A DNA stretch of 64,000 bases from Promethearchaeota archaeon (GTDB lineage: Archaea > Asgardarchaeota > Lokiarchaeia > Sigyniarchaeales > SOKP01): NCBI GenBank assembly GCA_019058445.1, contig JAHPZA010000007.1:1-64000 (forward strand), in the 5' to 3' direction. Positions 20,164 through 30,715 of the stretch are shown here, one piece after another. The notes beneath the pieces are model-generated. The model made no database searches. It was not told where the DNA came from and saw nothing but the letters and a program-made list of their open reading frames with translations. The translations under genes and the position numbers were made by a program. Every line of letters begins with the position of its first letter. Within the stretch, counting starts at the first letter, position 1.

Positions 20164-21531
20164 ATGAAAAGAGCAATCGAAGAAGACTTAATTTTAAGAG
20201 AAATTGATGAAAGTATACAAGATTACATTAAGTTTTTGAAATTAATGATAAAAACTGATTCATGCAATCCCCCTGGAGAGGAGGGAAAGATAGCTTCAAT
20301 AATAAAGAATTATTTAGATGAGCAAGGCATCAAATGTAATATTTTTCCGTTTAATCAAAGCCGGGCTAATTTATTAGCATATTTAAGTGATAATTTCGAT
20401 GGCAAAATATTGCTTCTGAACGGACATATGGATACTGTTCCCTTTTCATCTGAAGATAAATGGAAATACCATCCATTGTCAGGTAAAGTAGAGGATAATA
20501 AATATATATACGGAAGGGGTACGGCAGATATGAAGGCTGGTTTAGCTGCTATGGTTATTACTTTAAAAATTTTAAAAAAATATCGGAAGAAATTCAATGG
20601 TAATATTATCTTAAACGCGGTTGCCGATGAAGAACAGGGAGGTGATTTAGGAACGAAATGGTGTGTTGACAATGTATTAAAAAATATTAAATGTGATTTT
20701 GCAATTATAGGAGAATATTCAGGATTCAATCCATTTCCTAAGTCTGTAATAATTGGTGAAAAAGGAAGAACTCATGTAAAAATTACAACTCACGGGATTT
20801 CTTGCCATGCATCTACACCTTTTCTCGGAAAAAATGCTGCATATATGATGACAGATATTATTCAAAATATAGATAAGATCATTAAATATATCCCCGATAT
20901 AGATCCTCCGTTAACAGAATCTAAGTTAAAAGAATTTATTTCTCAAAGTTACTCAAACCCAGAAGAATTTAATAAAATTTTAAGGGACAATCCTCATCTT
21001 AACAATCTATTTACATCTGTGACTCAATTTTCAAAAGCTTTAACAATATTAAATTGTGGAATTAAAGAGAATATTATTCCCGATAAATGCGAAGCAGTTA
21101 TAGATTTTAGATTATTACCTGGACAAGATTCAAAAATGATTGTTAATGGGCTTGAGAGGTTGATAACTGATTTAGGCTATTTGATCGCCAAGAATAGTAC
21201 AAAGAAGGGAATCAGTGAATGTGTGGATGTAAAAGTTATAAGTGATAATAAAGCTTCTTTTATTCATAAATGGAGATCTTCTACAAATCTCTCCTCATTT
21301 TTTAAGATTGTCGAGTTAATTTATAAGAAAAAACCTTTTCCATTTATAACCCCCGCTACTACTGATGCTGAATTTTTGAGAACAAATGGATTTTGTCCTG
21401 AAACCATTATATTCGGTCCTGGAAGTTTTGAAAACATACATGCAGCTAATGAACATATCGAAATTCAAGACTTTATTAATTGTATTAAAGTTTATTCTTT
21501 ATTTGCATTCAAATTATTGAGTTCACTTTAA
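20164..21531 (+). CDS. M20 metallopeptidase (ArgE/DapE/LysK family deacylase)
   Basis: GHMDTVP, GRGTADMK, DEE, H..NE motifs. Confidence 0.9.
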   Translation: MKRAIEEDLILREIDESIQDYIKFLKLMIKTDSCNPPGEEGKIASIIKNYLDEQGIKCNIFPFNQSRANLLAYLSDNFDGKILLLNGHMDTVPFSSEDKWKYHPLSGKVEDNKYIYGRGTADMKAGLAAMVITLKILKKYRKKFNGNIILNAVADEEQGGDLGTKWCVDNVLKNIKCDFAIIGEYSGFNPFPKSVIIGEKGRTHVKITTHGISCHASTPFLGKNAAYMMTDIIQNIDKIIKYIPDIDPPLTESKLKEFISQSYSNPEEFNKILRDNPHLNNLFTSVTQFSKALTILNCGIKENIIPDKCEAVIDFRLLPGQDSKMIVNGLERLITDLGYLIAKNSTKKGISECVDVKVISDNKASFIHKWRSSTNLSSFFKIVELIYKKKPFPFITPATTDAEFLRTNGFCPETIIFGPGSFENIHAANEHIEIQDFINCIKVYSLFAFKLLSSL

Positions 21532-21574
21532 ATTTCAAAAATAAAATACTAAATTTAAAGAAAAAAAAATTTAC

Positions 21575-21817
21575 CTATTTTCCAAACAAAGGACCATCAT
21601 TTAGGTTTTTGAGAAATTTTTCCCGTTCTTTTTCGGGAGTTCTTAGCCAATCGATTAATCCTCTAAAAAACCATCTACCTTCTTCTTTTTTCGCAAATTC
21701 GACAAGAAAATCTTGCTCATTTTGGATTAAATCTTCTGCAGAATCCCATTTTAACAAACGATTGACTTTCTCTATAGTTTTTTCCAATTCCTTATCAGAA
21801 AACTTCATTTTTACCAT
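21575..21817 (-). CDS. Small hypothetical protein
   Basis: ATG ORF downstream of ftsZ. Confidence 0.6.
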   Translation of the reverse strand: MVKMKFSDKELEKTIEKVNRLLKWDSAEDLIQNEQDFLVEFAKKEEGRWFFRGLIDWLRTPEKEREKFLKNLNDGPLFGK

Positions 21818-21936
21818 TCTTAAAGTATGACCTTTAAATAAAATTTTCTCAAATTCGGTTTGAATTTAAGTAGAATACGTATTTTCTATATAGATTAAAT
21901 TAAAAAAAGGAATATTAAAAGGGCTAAAATTTTTAA

Positions 21937-23043
21937 TTATTCAAATGTAATTTCCCCAATATCAAAAATATCATCCCCTAATCCAATCTTTGATTTAGGG
22001 ATCTTCGACTCATAAGAGAGTGGATCATCTGAGGGAGATTTTCCGAAGATTTGGGGTGATGTTATTCCTGTTATTAATAGCATTACTCTTAAATACCCAT
22101 TAAATTCATCAGAAACTCTTGCGCCCCAAATTACCATTGAATCATTGATATCCATTTTATCATATATTTTCTGAGCAACTGAGTTAGCCTCGGCAAGGGT
22201 CATATCATTTCCTCCGCACACATGAATTAAGGCCCCTTTCGCACCATCAATAGTAACATCAAGCAAAGGCAAGTTAAGCGCATCGTTGATCGCTTCTTCT
22301 ACACGATGTTCCTTCCCATTTGATTCTCCAACTCCAACTATTGCCACCCCTCCTGTACTCAATATTGTTCGCACATCTGCAAAATCTAGATTAATTAATG
22401 AGGGTAATGAAATAGTTTCCGTAATACCCTTTACCATACTAGCTAAAACTTCATCAGCAACACTAAATGCTTCGATAATAGGCAAATTTGGAGCAATTTC
22501 TAATAACCGGTTGTTATCTATTACCACTAAAGTATCCGCATATTGTTTTAAAAGGTTTAATCCCTCTTTCGCCTTTTCAATACGTCCAATTTCTGTATTA
22601 AATGGAATTGTCACCACTCCAACGACAATTGCACCTTCAAGTTTTGCTATTTCAGCTACGATTGGTGCACTTCCTGTTCCAGTGCCTCCACCTTCACCAC
22701 AAGTAATAAATACTAAATCGGAGTCTCTTAATACTTTAGTTAAATCTTCTCTAGATTCTTCTGCTGCAGCTCTCCCAATCTCCGGATTACCCCCTGCTCC
22801 TAAACCTCTTGTTAGATTTTTCCCTATTAAAACTTTTATGTGAGCATCTCTCATATCAAGATGCTGACGATCCGTATTTATCGAAACACATTTGGCACCT
22901 CTAATCCCTATTTTCATTAATCTATCAACAGTATTATTCCCCGCACCACCACAACCCATAATTTTAATATTAGCATACCCAATTTTATCTTGTCTAGATT
23001 GAATGATATTCCTTTTTTTAGCATTTCGAATAAAAGATTCCAT
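21937..23043 (-). CDS. ftsZ: Cell division protein FtsZ
   Basis: GGAGNN, GLGAGG, GGGTGTG, INLDFAD. Confidence 0.97.
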   Translation of the reverse strand: MESFIRNAKKRNIIQSRQDKIGYANIKIMGCGGAGNNTVDRLMKIGIRGAKCVSINTDRQHLDMRDAHIKVLIGKNLTRGLGAGGNPEIGRAAAEESREDLTKVLRDSDLVFITCGEGGGTGTGSAPIVAEIAKLEGAIVVGVVTIPFNTEIGRIEKAKEGLNLLKQYADTLVVIDNNRLLEIAPNLPIIEAFSVADEVLASMVKGITETISLPSLINLDFADVRTILSTGGVAIVGVGESNGKEHRVEEAINDALNLPLLDVTIDGAKGALIHVCGGNDMTLAEANSVAQKIYDKMDINDSMVIWGARVSDEFNGYLRVMLLITGITSPQIFGKSPSDDPLSYESKIPKSKIGLGDDIFDIGEITFE

Positions 23044-23220
23044 ATCTTATTTTTCACACTATTTATTTCTTTTAAGGATAAAGAAAAAGATTTTAAAAAA
23101 AAATTAGAATTTATATAATATCCAGATGTTACTTCAGATGATACAGGGAAAAGTTCTTAGTAATATAATAAATAGAAGTAGAAAATTAAATCAAAGTGGC
23201 TAATTGTACAAAATGACCAT

Positions 23221-24441
23221 TTAGTTGAGAGTAAAATCATGATTTATTGACGGGCTGAAAATTGGGGTAATATCGTGATCCTTAATAAGAAAAATATGAG
23301 GTAAAGCATATGGAAAACGATTAGAAAATGTAAGAGTATAAGCACCTACATTTGTAACAATAACGACATCTCCTTCTTTTAATTTTTCAGTGAAAAAGTA
23401 ATCTTTTGCTAAAACATCTTGATCAGAAGGAATAATCCCAGCTATATTTGTTTTGTATTTATGTACTTTATCAATCTGAGTTGCATTATAAAATCTTAAG
23501 GAACATCTGGCAAATTTAGGACAGATATGGTTTCCTATATTTAAGAAGATCCATCTGTCATCAATTATATTAATAACTTCAGTAATAAATAATCCCGCAT
23601 CTCCAACAAAATATCTACCAGGTTCAAAATAGATTTTCTCATAATCAATATGGAGATTTTCTAGAGTAGTTTTTAATCCCAAAGCTAACTTCCTTAATTG
23701 CTTTTGAGGCATTATGGTTGCCTCAGGAAATCCTCCTCCCAAGTTTATATTCTTAATGTTAATTCCAATCTGAGTTAGCTTCTTTAAAGCATCTCCAACG
23801 GTAATTATATTTTTTTTGAATTGTTCCATGTTGTTCATTTGAGTTGTGTAATGAGATAAAATGGATACAATATTGATATGATGCAATTTATTTGTTTTTT
23901 CATCCAATCTCAATAATATTTTATCATCTAGAATAATTCCTAATTTACTAGCATATTTTTGGGAGTTGATCCTTAAACAAATATTCTGGACAATATTTTT
24001 TTCTTTTGCAACAGCATTAATCTTATCTAAGTCATTTAAATTGTAGACAATTATTTCCCTAACCTTATTTTTGACACTTTCTTTTATAAGTTCATATGGT
24101 AAATAGGGGCCTCCAACCAAAATTTTGTTTTCAGGAAAGCCTATTTTTAACGCTAATTTAAGTTCAGGCAATCCAATTATTTCAGCACCGATTTCTTGTG
24201 AACATATAATTTTACAAATCTCAGGAAGAAAATTAGCCTTAAAGGAATAGAATCCCTCGAAATTTTCGAATACTTCTCCAAACACGCTCTTAAATGAATT
24301 CACATTATCTCTAATTCTATTTTCTAAAAAGATCATAATTGGTGTTTTTGAAAGGTTTAAGATCTCATCAATGGGTATTAGATCTAATAAAACTTTTTTG
24401 TTATCTCTTTTTATATAAGGATTTCCAGACAATATTTTCAT
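23221..24441 (-). CDS. PLP-dependent decarboxylase, diaminopimelate/ornithine decarboxylase family
   Basis: YSFKAN, NLGGGF, EPGRYFV, GAYT. Confidence 0.85.
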   Translation of the reverse strand: MKILSGNPYIKRDNKKVLLDLIPIDEILNLSKTPIMIFLENRIRDNVNSFKSVFGEVFENFEGFYSFKANFLPEICKIICSQEIGAEIIGLPELKLALKIGFPENKILVGGPYLPYELIKESVKNKVREIIVYNLNDLDKINAVAKEKNIVQNICLRINSQKYASKLGIILDDKILLRLDEKTNKLHHINIVSILSHYTTQMNNMEQFKKNIITVGDALKKLTQIGINIKNINLGGGFPEATIMPQKQLRKLALGLKTTLENLHIDYEKIYFEPGRYFVGDAGLFITEVINIIDDRWIFLNIGNHICPKFARCSLRFYNATQIDKVHKYKTNIAGIIPSDQDVLAKDYFFTEKLKEGDVVIVTNVGAYTLTFSNRFPYALPHIFLIKDHDITPIFSPSINHDFTLN

Positions 24442-24459
24442 TTTTTCTTCACCAATCTC

Positions 24460-25764
24460 TCATCTAGGGGTGTTTTCTATTAATTCATGATATAGGACAT
24501 GAGTCTTCTTGGCAACGATCTCCCATGTATAATGTTGAGAAACTTTAATTTTGCCAGCTTCACCAAAACGTTTCCTCAATCTCTTTTTCTTCAATAGTGT
24601 TATTACTTTTTCAGCGATATCATGGGAATTATCATATTCCACTAAATACCCATCAACATTATTATTTATAACTTCGGGCGTCGCGCCAATATTAGCACCA
24701 ATAACCGGTTTCCCAGCGGCCCATGCCTCTAAAAAAGCTATTCCAAAAGCATCACTTCTACTTGGCATACAATAGAGATCGGTTTCCTTAAATGCGGCTA
24801 ACTTTTTTTTATCATAATACCCTGTCAAATTATCAGGTGTAAAGTTAATAATCCTAACATTTTTATTTTTTACGATTTTAGATAATTCTCGATTATAAGC
24901 TTGAGTTGAGGGTCCTATAAACACAAAATAGACCTTTTTTATTTTATCTAGAATTAGTGGGATTGATTTTAATAGAGAAATAGCTCCCTTCTCATAATTC
25001 TTATAACCGCAAAATAATACCATTTTATAGTTCTTTTCTTTTTTTTTAAAAAATTTCTCTTTAAATGTAGAGGTTAGTGATTTAGGTTTGGTTACAACCT
25101 CAAATTTTTCCATATCAACTCCCATTGGAATAACTTTAACACATCTTTCGTCAATTTTGCAGTGTGTAATTAAAAACTTCTTTTCCAGAAAAGTACATGC
25201 AATTAACAAATCAAATTTTCTTAAAACTTCCATTAAACTTTCATTTAAATATCTAGGATTAGAAAAATGGAAAAAAGGAGTACATACAGTAGGGATTTTA
25301 TATCGCTTTCCAAGAATTAAAGTGATGATAAGATTAAAATAAGGAAAAAAAACAGTATGAACTAAGTTATAATTCTCATTCTTAGAATTTAAACCATAAT
25401 TAATTAACTCTGGTAAATATGGCCCGTTATTTAAAACCAATTTTAGACAATCATCAGACAAAATTAATGCTTCATATTCAGGGATGCTCTTGATATGTGA
25501 TATTTTTTCTTCTAGAGTAAGTTCACTTTCAATAGGAAATCTCTGAATTTTTAAATTGTTTACGTTGTCGAAAAATTTATCATTTTCTCCTATTATTTTT
25601 CCTTGCCTGCTTCTCAAAGCTTTAAAATCAATTGCATTTGATGTATAAACATCGGTATGATAGTTATATTTAGTAGATAATAGTTCTGCAATTCTTTGTA
25701 TATAAAATTCTGCTCCAGAAATGGAGGGAAAATATCGCGTTGGAAGGTATAATATTTTTTTCAA
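24460..25764 (-). CDS. Glycosyltransferase family 4
   Basis: PSRSDAFGIAFLEAWAAGKPVI. Confidence 0.92.
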   Translation of the reverse strand: MKKILYLPTRYFPSISGAEFYIQRIAELLSTKYNYHTDVYTSNAIDFKALRSRQGKIIGENDKFFDNVNNLKIQRFPIESELTLEEKISHIKSIPEYEALILSDDCLKLVLNNGPYLPELINYGLNSKNENYNLVHTVFFPYFNLIITLILGKRYKIPTVCTPFFHFSNPRYLNESLMEVLRKFDLLIACTFLEKKFLITHCKIDERCVKVIPMGVDMEKFEVVTKPKSLTSTFKEKFFKKKEKNYKMVLFCGYKNYEKGAISLLKSIPLILDKIKKVYFVFIGPSTQAYNRELSKIVKNKNVRIINFTPDNLTGYYDKKKLAAFKETDLYCMPSRSDAFGIAFLEAWAAGKPVIGANIGATPEVINNNVDGYLVEYDNSHDIAEKVITLLKKKRLRKRFGEAGKIKVSQHYTWEIVAKKTHVLYHELIENTPR

Positions 25765-25807
25765 ATTAATGATCCTTTTTATATATCTATAATAATATTA
25801 TAATTGA

Positions 25808-26206
25808 ATGCAATCGTCAAAAGATTTTTTATCAGAAATATACTTAAAAACAAAAGAAAAAGGAGATATTGATGATGAATTTGTAAATTATTTGGAATCG
25901 ATATATCCAGACAAATCTTCAGAAATCCTACAAACATTAAAAAGAGGTATTACCAAGTATGTTTTTAAACCGTCTAATAGAATCATTTGGACCGCAATAG
26001 GAGAAAATGATGAATATTTGATTTATCCAAAAATTTACTGTAGCTGCATAGATTTTTATAATAGAGTGGTAATAAAAAGAAAAAAAGTTGTGTGTAAACA
26101 CCTGATTGCTCAGGCCATCTCTGATGCCTTGAATGAGTTTAAAGAACAAGAATTGGATGATAAAAGTTTTACAGAGTTTATTAAGGAGTTAGAACTAAAG
26201 GAATAA
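25808..26206 (+). CDS. SWIM zinc-finger protein
   Basis: CSCxDF...CKH. Confidence 0.85.
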   Translation: MQSSKDFLSEIYLKTKEKGDIDDEFVNYLESIYPDKSSEILQTLKRGITKYVFKPSNRIIWTAIGENDEYLIYPKIYCSCIDFYNRVVIKRKKVVCKHLIAQAISDALNEFKEQELDDKSFTEFIKELELKE

Positions 26207-26830
26207 AATTTCTGACCTTTTTATTGAGGAAATTATAAGATTATTAATATCCATTTTCGTTTCTTCTGCATTGATTTCTTTAAGTTTGGCGTTAGTTTCA
26301 GGATATTGAGGATTGAATTGGCAAGATGCTGATTTTTTTGAGCATATCTCATATAGACCTATATCTCTATTAAGTTGTATCACATCATTTTTGTTAAATC
26401 CTATTAAAGGGCGAAGGATAGTTATTTCTTTAGCTAAATCATTATACGCATATAAATTACTGAGAGTCTGGCTTGCTTGTTCTCCTAATATGTCTCCAGT
26501 GACTATTAATGCTGTGTTTTCATTCTTAGCTATATGTATAGCGATTCTGATCATTAATCTTTTACATAAAATGCATGTTAACTTTCTTTCACAGTCATTT
26601 TTAAAGAGTTCCAAATTAGAATCATGGTCAATCAAATATAATTTAACTTTAGAATGGGTATACATTGACAATTTTTCAATGATCTTTATTATTTTGTTGC
26701 GCATTGAATGAAAATTATCATCGGAAGTTAAAAAAGAGAGAAAAATCGGTTGAAATCCTTTTTTAATCATTAAATATGCTGCAACGGGACTATCTAATCC
26801 TCCAGAAAGCAATGAAATGAAGTTGGTCAA
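26195..26830 (-). CDS. ThiI-like PP-loop protein lacking THUMP
   Basis: SGGLDS, CxxCKR, TGDxLGEQASQT, RPLIG; TTG start overlaps the upstream stop. Confidence 0.85.
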   Translation of the reverse strand: MTNFISLLSGGLDSPVAAYLMIKKGFQPIFLSFLTSDDNFHSMRNKIIKIIEKLSMYTHSKVKLYLIDHDSNLELFKNDCERKLTCILCKRLMIRIAIHIAKNENTALIVTGDILGEQASQTLSNLYAYNDLAKEITILRPLIGFNKNDVIQLNRDIGLYEICSKKSASCQFNPQYPETNAKLKEINAEETKMDINNLIISSIKRSEILFL

Positions 26831-27426
26831 ATTATAATATCCTCTCTTTCCCATTCTTTCAAAAACGTATTATAATTGTTTATTTCAATCTCTCTTGGAA
26901 TTTTTATCTTATTTTCCACTTCCAATCTTCTGATTTCAAATTGGAGATTTTTATTTTTACGGTAAAATTTTTCAGCTTTCGGATATTCGTCTTCAAAAAT
27001 TATTTTTAGTTTTTCTAAATCAATATTTTTCAGTTCTTCATAACGTTCTATAACAAAATTACAGAGAGGGTCAATAGAAAGCTCAAACCGAAAAGCATCT
27101 ATGCGTTTTAAGGCTAAGGGATATGCTTGACACGCAAGGGGTTTTTCATTGTGGATTATACAGCCAACCTTCTTTTTATAAAAAGGACAACATTGATTTT
27201 CATTATCTAAAATAATTCTATAAGTTAAAACTAAGATCTTCTGATTTAAGATATCTGGAAAAACTAAGTCTTCGATAACATTGAACTTTAAATCATATTT
27301 CTCTGCTAACTTTATTAATTCGTTAACTTCTTCAGGGTATAAAGGGATTCTTTTTTTTCCGAGGCTTCCATGAACCTCAAAACAGCATGTACCACACTTC
27401 ATACATTTATATTTTATGTTGTTCAT
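26827..27426 (-). CDS. YkgJ-family CxxCxxCC Fe-S/Zn cluster protein
   Basis: CMKCGTCC, CPF, C.IH..KP..C..YP. Confidence 0.88.
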   Translation of the reverse strand: MNNIKYKCMKCGTCCFEVHGSLGKKRIPLYPEEVNELIKLAEKYDLKFNVIEDLVFPDILNQKILVLTYRIILDNENQCCPFYKKKVGCIIHNEKPLACQAYPLALKRIDAFRFELSIDPLCNFVIERYEELKNIDLEKLKIIFEDEYPKAEKFYRKNKNLQFEIRRLEVENKIKIPREIEINNYNTFLKEWEREDIII

Positions 27427-27645
27427 TATTTAAGATATTTTATCTGATTTAATTTGCTTTTTACATTGTTTTTTAGTGATTTTAAGTATTTATATCAAAA
27501 ATAATTATACTCGATATTATCTAAATATACCTCTTAAAATTAATATTACAATAAATCATCAGTCTATCTAGATAATATTTCATTTTATAGACAGTAAAAT
27601 CGATTATAATTTAACACAAAACGATTTATAAAGTTGTAAAACAAT

Positions 27646-28458
27646 ATGATGGATTCATTTAAAATAATTGAACATCTTAACTTTTCTAAAAACGAGTTGG
27701 TTAACCCAATTTGTATAATCGGAATGCCAGGGATCGCCGATGTTGGAAAGTTTGCATTAGATTCTTTAGTAGGTCAGTTAAAGGCTCAAAATTATATGGA
27801 TATTATCTTTGATGAGTATCCAGCAGGTGCCATTGTTGATGACAGTTTATTAGCTGCACCTAAAGCCGAGATTTTAATTTGGAAGGATCCCGAGAACATT
27901 AGAGACATCATGTTAATCACTGCCGATGCTCAAAGTCTTACTCCTAAAGGGATATATAAAATATCTAATTTTCTCACAGAAATCATCGCTCAATGTGACA
28001 TACAATTGATAATTGCTCTAGGAGCATATCCAATTAATAGTCAAAATCTTCAATCTAAAATTCCAAAAATATATGCAACCTCAACAAACCGAGAAATTTT
28101 AGAAAAATATTTAACCGAGAATCATTGCGAGAAAATTTTAAAAGGAGTCATTATTGGTGCAAATGGATTAATTCCAACTTTGGCAAAGGCTCGATTTAAT
28201 ATTGATGGTTTAGTTTTACTTGCGGAAACAGATAATATTGCAATGGTAAATGAAGATATTACAGATTTAAAGGCATCTTTATCTCTTTTGGATATGATTA
28301 AAAAATCATTTACTTTACCGATTAAGAAAAAATATTCTTTAGAAAATATCGATGATATTACGAAGAATTTACAGGAAAAAAGAGATAAATTAGAAAAAGA
28401 TCTCGATACATTTAATATTGTAGATACTGATGAAAAACGTAAATCTTTATATATTTGA
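27646..28458 (+). CDS. PAC2-family proteasome assembly chaperone
   Basis: GMPGIADVG, IIALGA, I.GANGL, LLAET. Confidence 0.82.
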   Translation: MMDSFKIIEHLNFSKNELVNPICIIGMPGIADVGKFALDSLVGQLKAQNYMDIIFDEYPAGAIVDDSLLAAPKAEILIWKDPENIRDIMLITADAQSLTPKGIYKISNFLTEIIAQCDIQLIIALGAYPINSQNLQSKIPKIYATSTNREILEKYLTENHCEKILKGVIIGANGLIPTLAKARFNIDGLVLLAETDNIAMVNEDITDLKASLSLLDMIKKSFTLPIKKKYSLENIDDITKNLQEKRDKLEKDLDTFNIVDTDEKRKSLYI

Positions 28459-28557
28459 TATATTAATCTTTTTTTATTTTACTTGTACTAAATTAAATTA
28501 GTTTAAATGAGTTTTTCAAAGGTTGTTTATAAAATCAGCTTTTTAAAAAAAAACAAA

Positions 28558-28707
28558 TTAACGGACTTTAATCCTTTTAATCACGTCGGGACGCTTCTTA
28601 TAGAGAATTCTAAAACCGCAATGCGAGCATTTGATCCCTGGCAAAGCGCTTAGTTCCTTCTTGCTTACTTCTTTGCCACAGTTTTTACGTGCGCATACGT
28701 ATTTAAT
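28558..28707 (-). CDS. rpo12: RNA polymerase subunit Rpo12 (P); absent from the ORF track, apparent ATT start
   Basis: Translates (M)KYVCARKNCGKEV...IKCSHCGFRILYKKRPDVIKRIKVR. Confidence 0.9.
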   Translation of the reverse strand: MKYVCARKNCGKEVSKKELSALPGIKCSHCGFRILYKKRPDVIKRIKVR

Positions 28708-28872
28708 TTTTGATCACATCAAAAGATTTTATTTTATAATATCTTGAATAATTAACAAGAATTAAATTTTTCGCTTTTATTCAAGGTCTTGTTGAAGCAA
28801 AAATAATCATTTATCTTTAGGAATCGTTATTAAATAAAGGATTGTTTAAAATTTAGAAGATTGATTTGAGAG

Positions 28873-29799
28873 TCATGAAAAGATCTCATTTTGTATCTTT
28901 AAGTGGTTGATAAGTTCTTTATAACGATTGCGAATAGTGGCCTCAGTTACACCTGCCGCCAAAGAAATTTCTCTTTGTGTCCTACGTTCTCCTTCCTGCA
29001 TAGCAGCAACATATAAAGCAGCGCCCGCAAGACCCGTAGGCGCTTTTCCTGCAGTGATACGAAATTTTTTCGCTAATTTTAATATTTCTGCTGCCCTATT
29101 TTGGGTACTTCCAGACAGGTTTAATTCTGCGCAAAATCGAGGTATAAAATTTATGGGAGAAGATACTTTGATGCTTATTCTTAGCTCATTTATAATCAAT
29201 CTATAACAGCGAGCAATCTTTTTTTTATCAACTGAAGCAAATTCAATAAAATCATCGAGCGTTTTAGGAATACTATTTATCCGGCAAGCGGCATATATAG
29301 AGGCAATTAGCATTGCTTCAATTGATCTGCCTCTTATAAGATTTTTATTAGCCATTTTTCGATAAATATGTGCTGAAGATTCTTTTATATCCTTAGATAA
29401 ATTTAATTGAGAGGCAAATCTATCTAATTCATTCATCGCATAAGCTAAGTTTCGATCAATAGACTTATTAGTTCTAGTTCTTACGTGCCATTTTCTTAAT
29501 CGATATACTTCGGCTTTCATTTTAGGACTAATAGATTTTCCAAAAGCATCCTTGTTTTTCCAACCTATCATAGTTGACAATCCTTTATCATGTAATGTGA
29601 GAGTTGTAGGGGCTCCGACTCTCACCTTATTATTAGCCTCTTCTGCTGAAAATGCCCTCCATTCGGGACCGGAGTCAATGATCTTTTGAGTTAACACCAA
29701 ACCACAGTCGTTACATATGATTTCGGCTCGTGAATTATCTAAAATTAAATTATTATTACCACATTCCGGACACAAATTTGTTATATCTTCCGACGTAAT
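28873..29799 (-). CDS. tfb: Transcription initiation factor TFB (start ATT at 29799 or TTG at 29775)
   Basis: CPEC...CxxCG zinc ribbon, GPEWRAF B-reader, two cyclin repeats, TQxEI...VTEATIRNRYKEL. Confidence 0.95.
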   Translation of the reverse strand: MTSEDITNLCPECGNNNLILDNSRAEIICNDCGLVLTQKIIDSGPEWRAFSAEEANNKVRVGAPTTLTLHDKGLSTMIGWKNKDAFGKSISPKMKAEVYRLRKWHVRTRTNKSIDRNLAYAMNELDRFASQLNLSKDIKESSAHIYRKMANKNLIRGRSIEAMLIASIYAACRINSIPKTLDDFIEFASVDKKKIARCYRLIINELRISIKVSSPINFIPRFCAELNLSGSTQNRAAEILKLAKKFRITAGKAPTGLAGAALYVAAMQEGERRTQREISLAAGVTEATIRNRYKELINHLKIQNEIFS

Positions 29800-30119
29800 T
29801 TAACCAACCCTTTAAAATATCTTATCTCTAAGTTCTATAATTTTTTTTACATTTTTAAATGTTTGCGTTTTAACAATTGTTTGGTTAATAATGATATTAA
29901 TTTTTTTTATTCCGTTTTCTATAAAATTTTAACTCTTTGATAGAATATTTTTGTCGGCTAATATAAGAAAAATTAAAAATTTTTATTCAACAGGTAGATT
30001 TTGAAAATTAAACCGATAAATTGATTTTTAAAAGCCTAATCTAAAATTCGTTGAATTTTTAAAGATATTAGAAAAGTTAATCGAAATATTTTAATAGGGG
30101 GTTTTTTTCATTTTAATTA

Positions 30120-30587
30120 ATGCGACAAATTTATAAGTCACATGGAAAACACTGTTATCTCCGTTCTTTTAAGACTTCTTGTCCACGTTGTGGAGATGAT
30201 GTTTTGTACTGGGAATGTACCCATGGATGTAAGGTATTTTTCCAATATCCTCCATATGGGAGATTAATAAGACATATTTGTAAAAGATATGAAGGGAAGA
30301 GTCAAGCTTCTGGGAATAAATACCCGGTAATTGTAAAAAAACCAAAGGGTTTACTAGGAAAAGCCTCGCCTAGTTGTCCCGCTTGTGGAAAAATATTTAA
30401 AACAGAAGTGAATTTAAGGGAACATTTAAAACAACTAAAGAAATCTGATTATTTACATAAACTCTATTTTGGACAAGAGATAGTAATTGAAAATGAGAAT
30501 GAGGTAAAAAATAAGATCCCAAATGAAAAAATAAGAATTCATTATAGACCTATTTTTGGGAGAATTAATGTAAAGAAGAAAAACTAA
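30120..30587 (+). CDS. Multi-zinc-finger protein
   Basis: CPRC, CxHxC and C2H2-like CPAC...H...H. Confidence 0.7.
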   Translation: MRQIYKSHGKHCYLRSFKTSCPRCGDDVLYWECTHGCKVFFQYPPYGRLIRHICKRYEGKSQASGNKYPVIVKKPKGLLGKASPSCPACGKIFKTEVNLREHLKQLKKSDYLHKLYFGQEIVIENENEVKNKIPNEKIRIHYRPIFGRINVKKKN

Positions 30588-30715
30588 GTGTTTTTAAAAC
30601 TATTGCTATCCATAAATTTTTATTAAAATTTTTATAATTATATTTATAAAAAAGTTTAAATCTAAGATTTTTATTATTATTGATGTATAAAAATCGAAAA
30701 TAAGGAAATGAAAAA

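Noticed and set aside
28714-28719. In-frame ATG-TGA before rpo12 as selenocysteine or readthrough
   Set aside because: Position 2 is not a conserved Cys, and GTGAT is better explained as the Shine-Dalgarno
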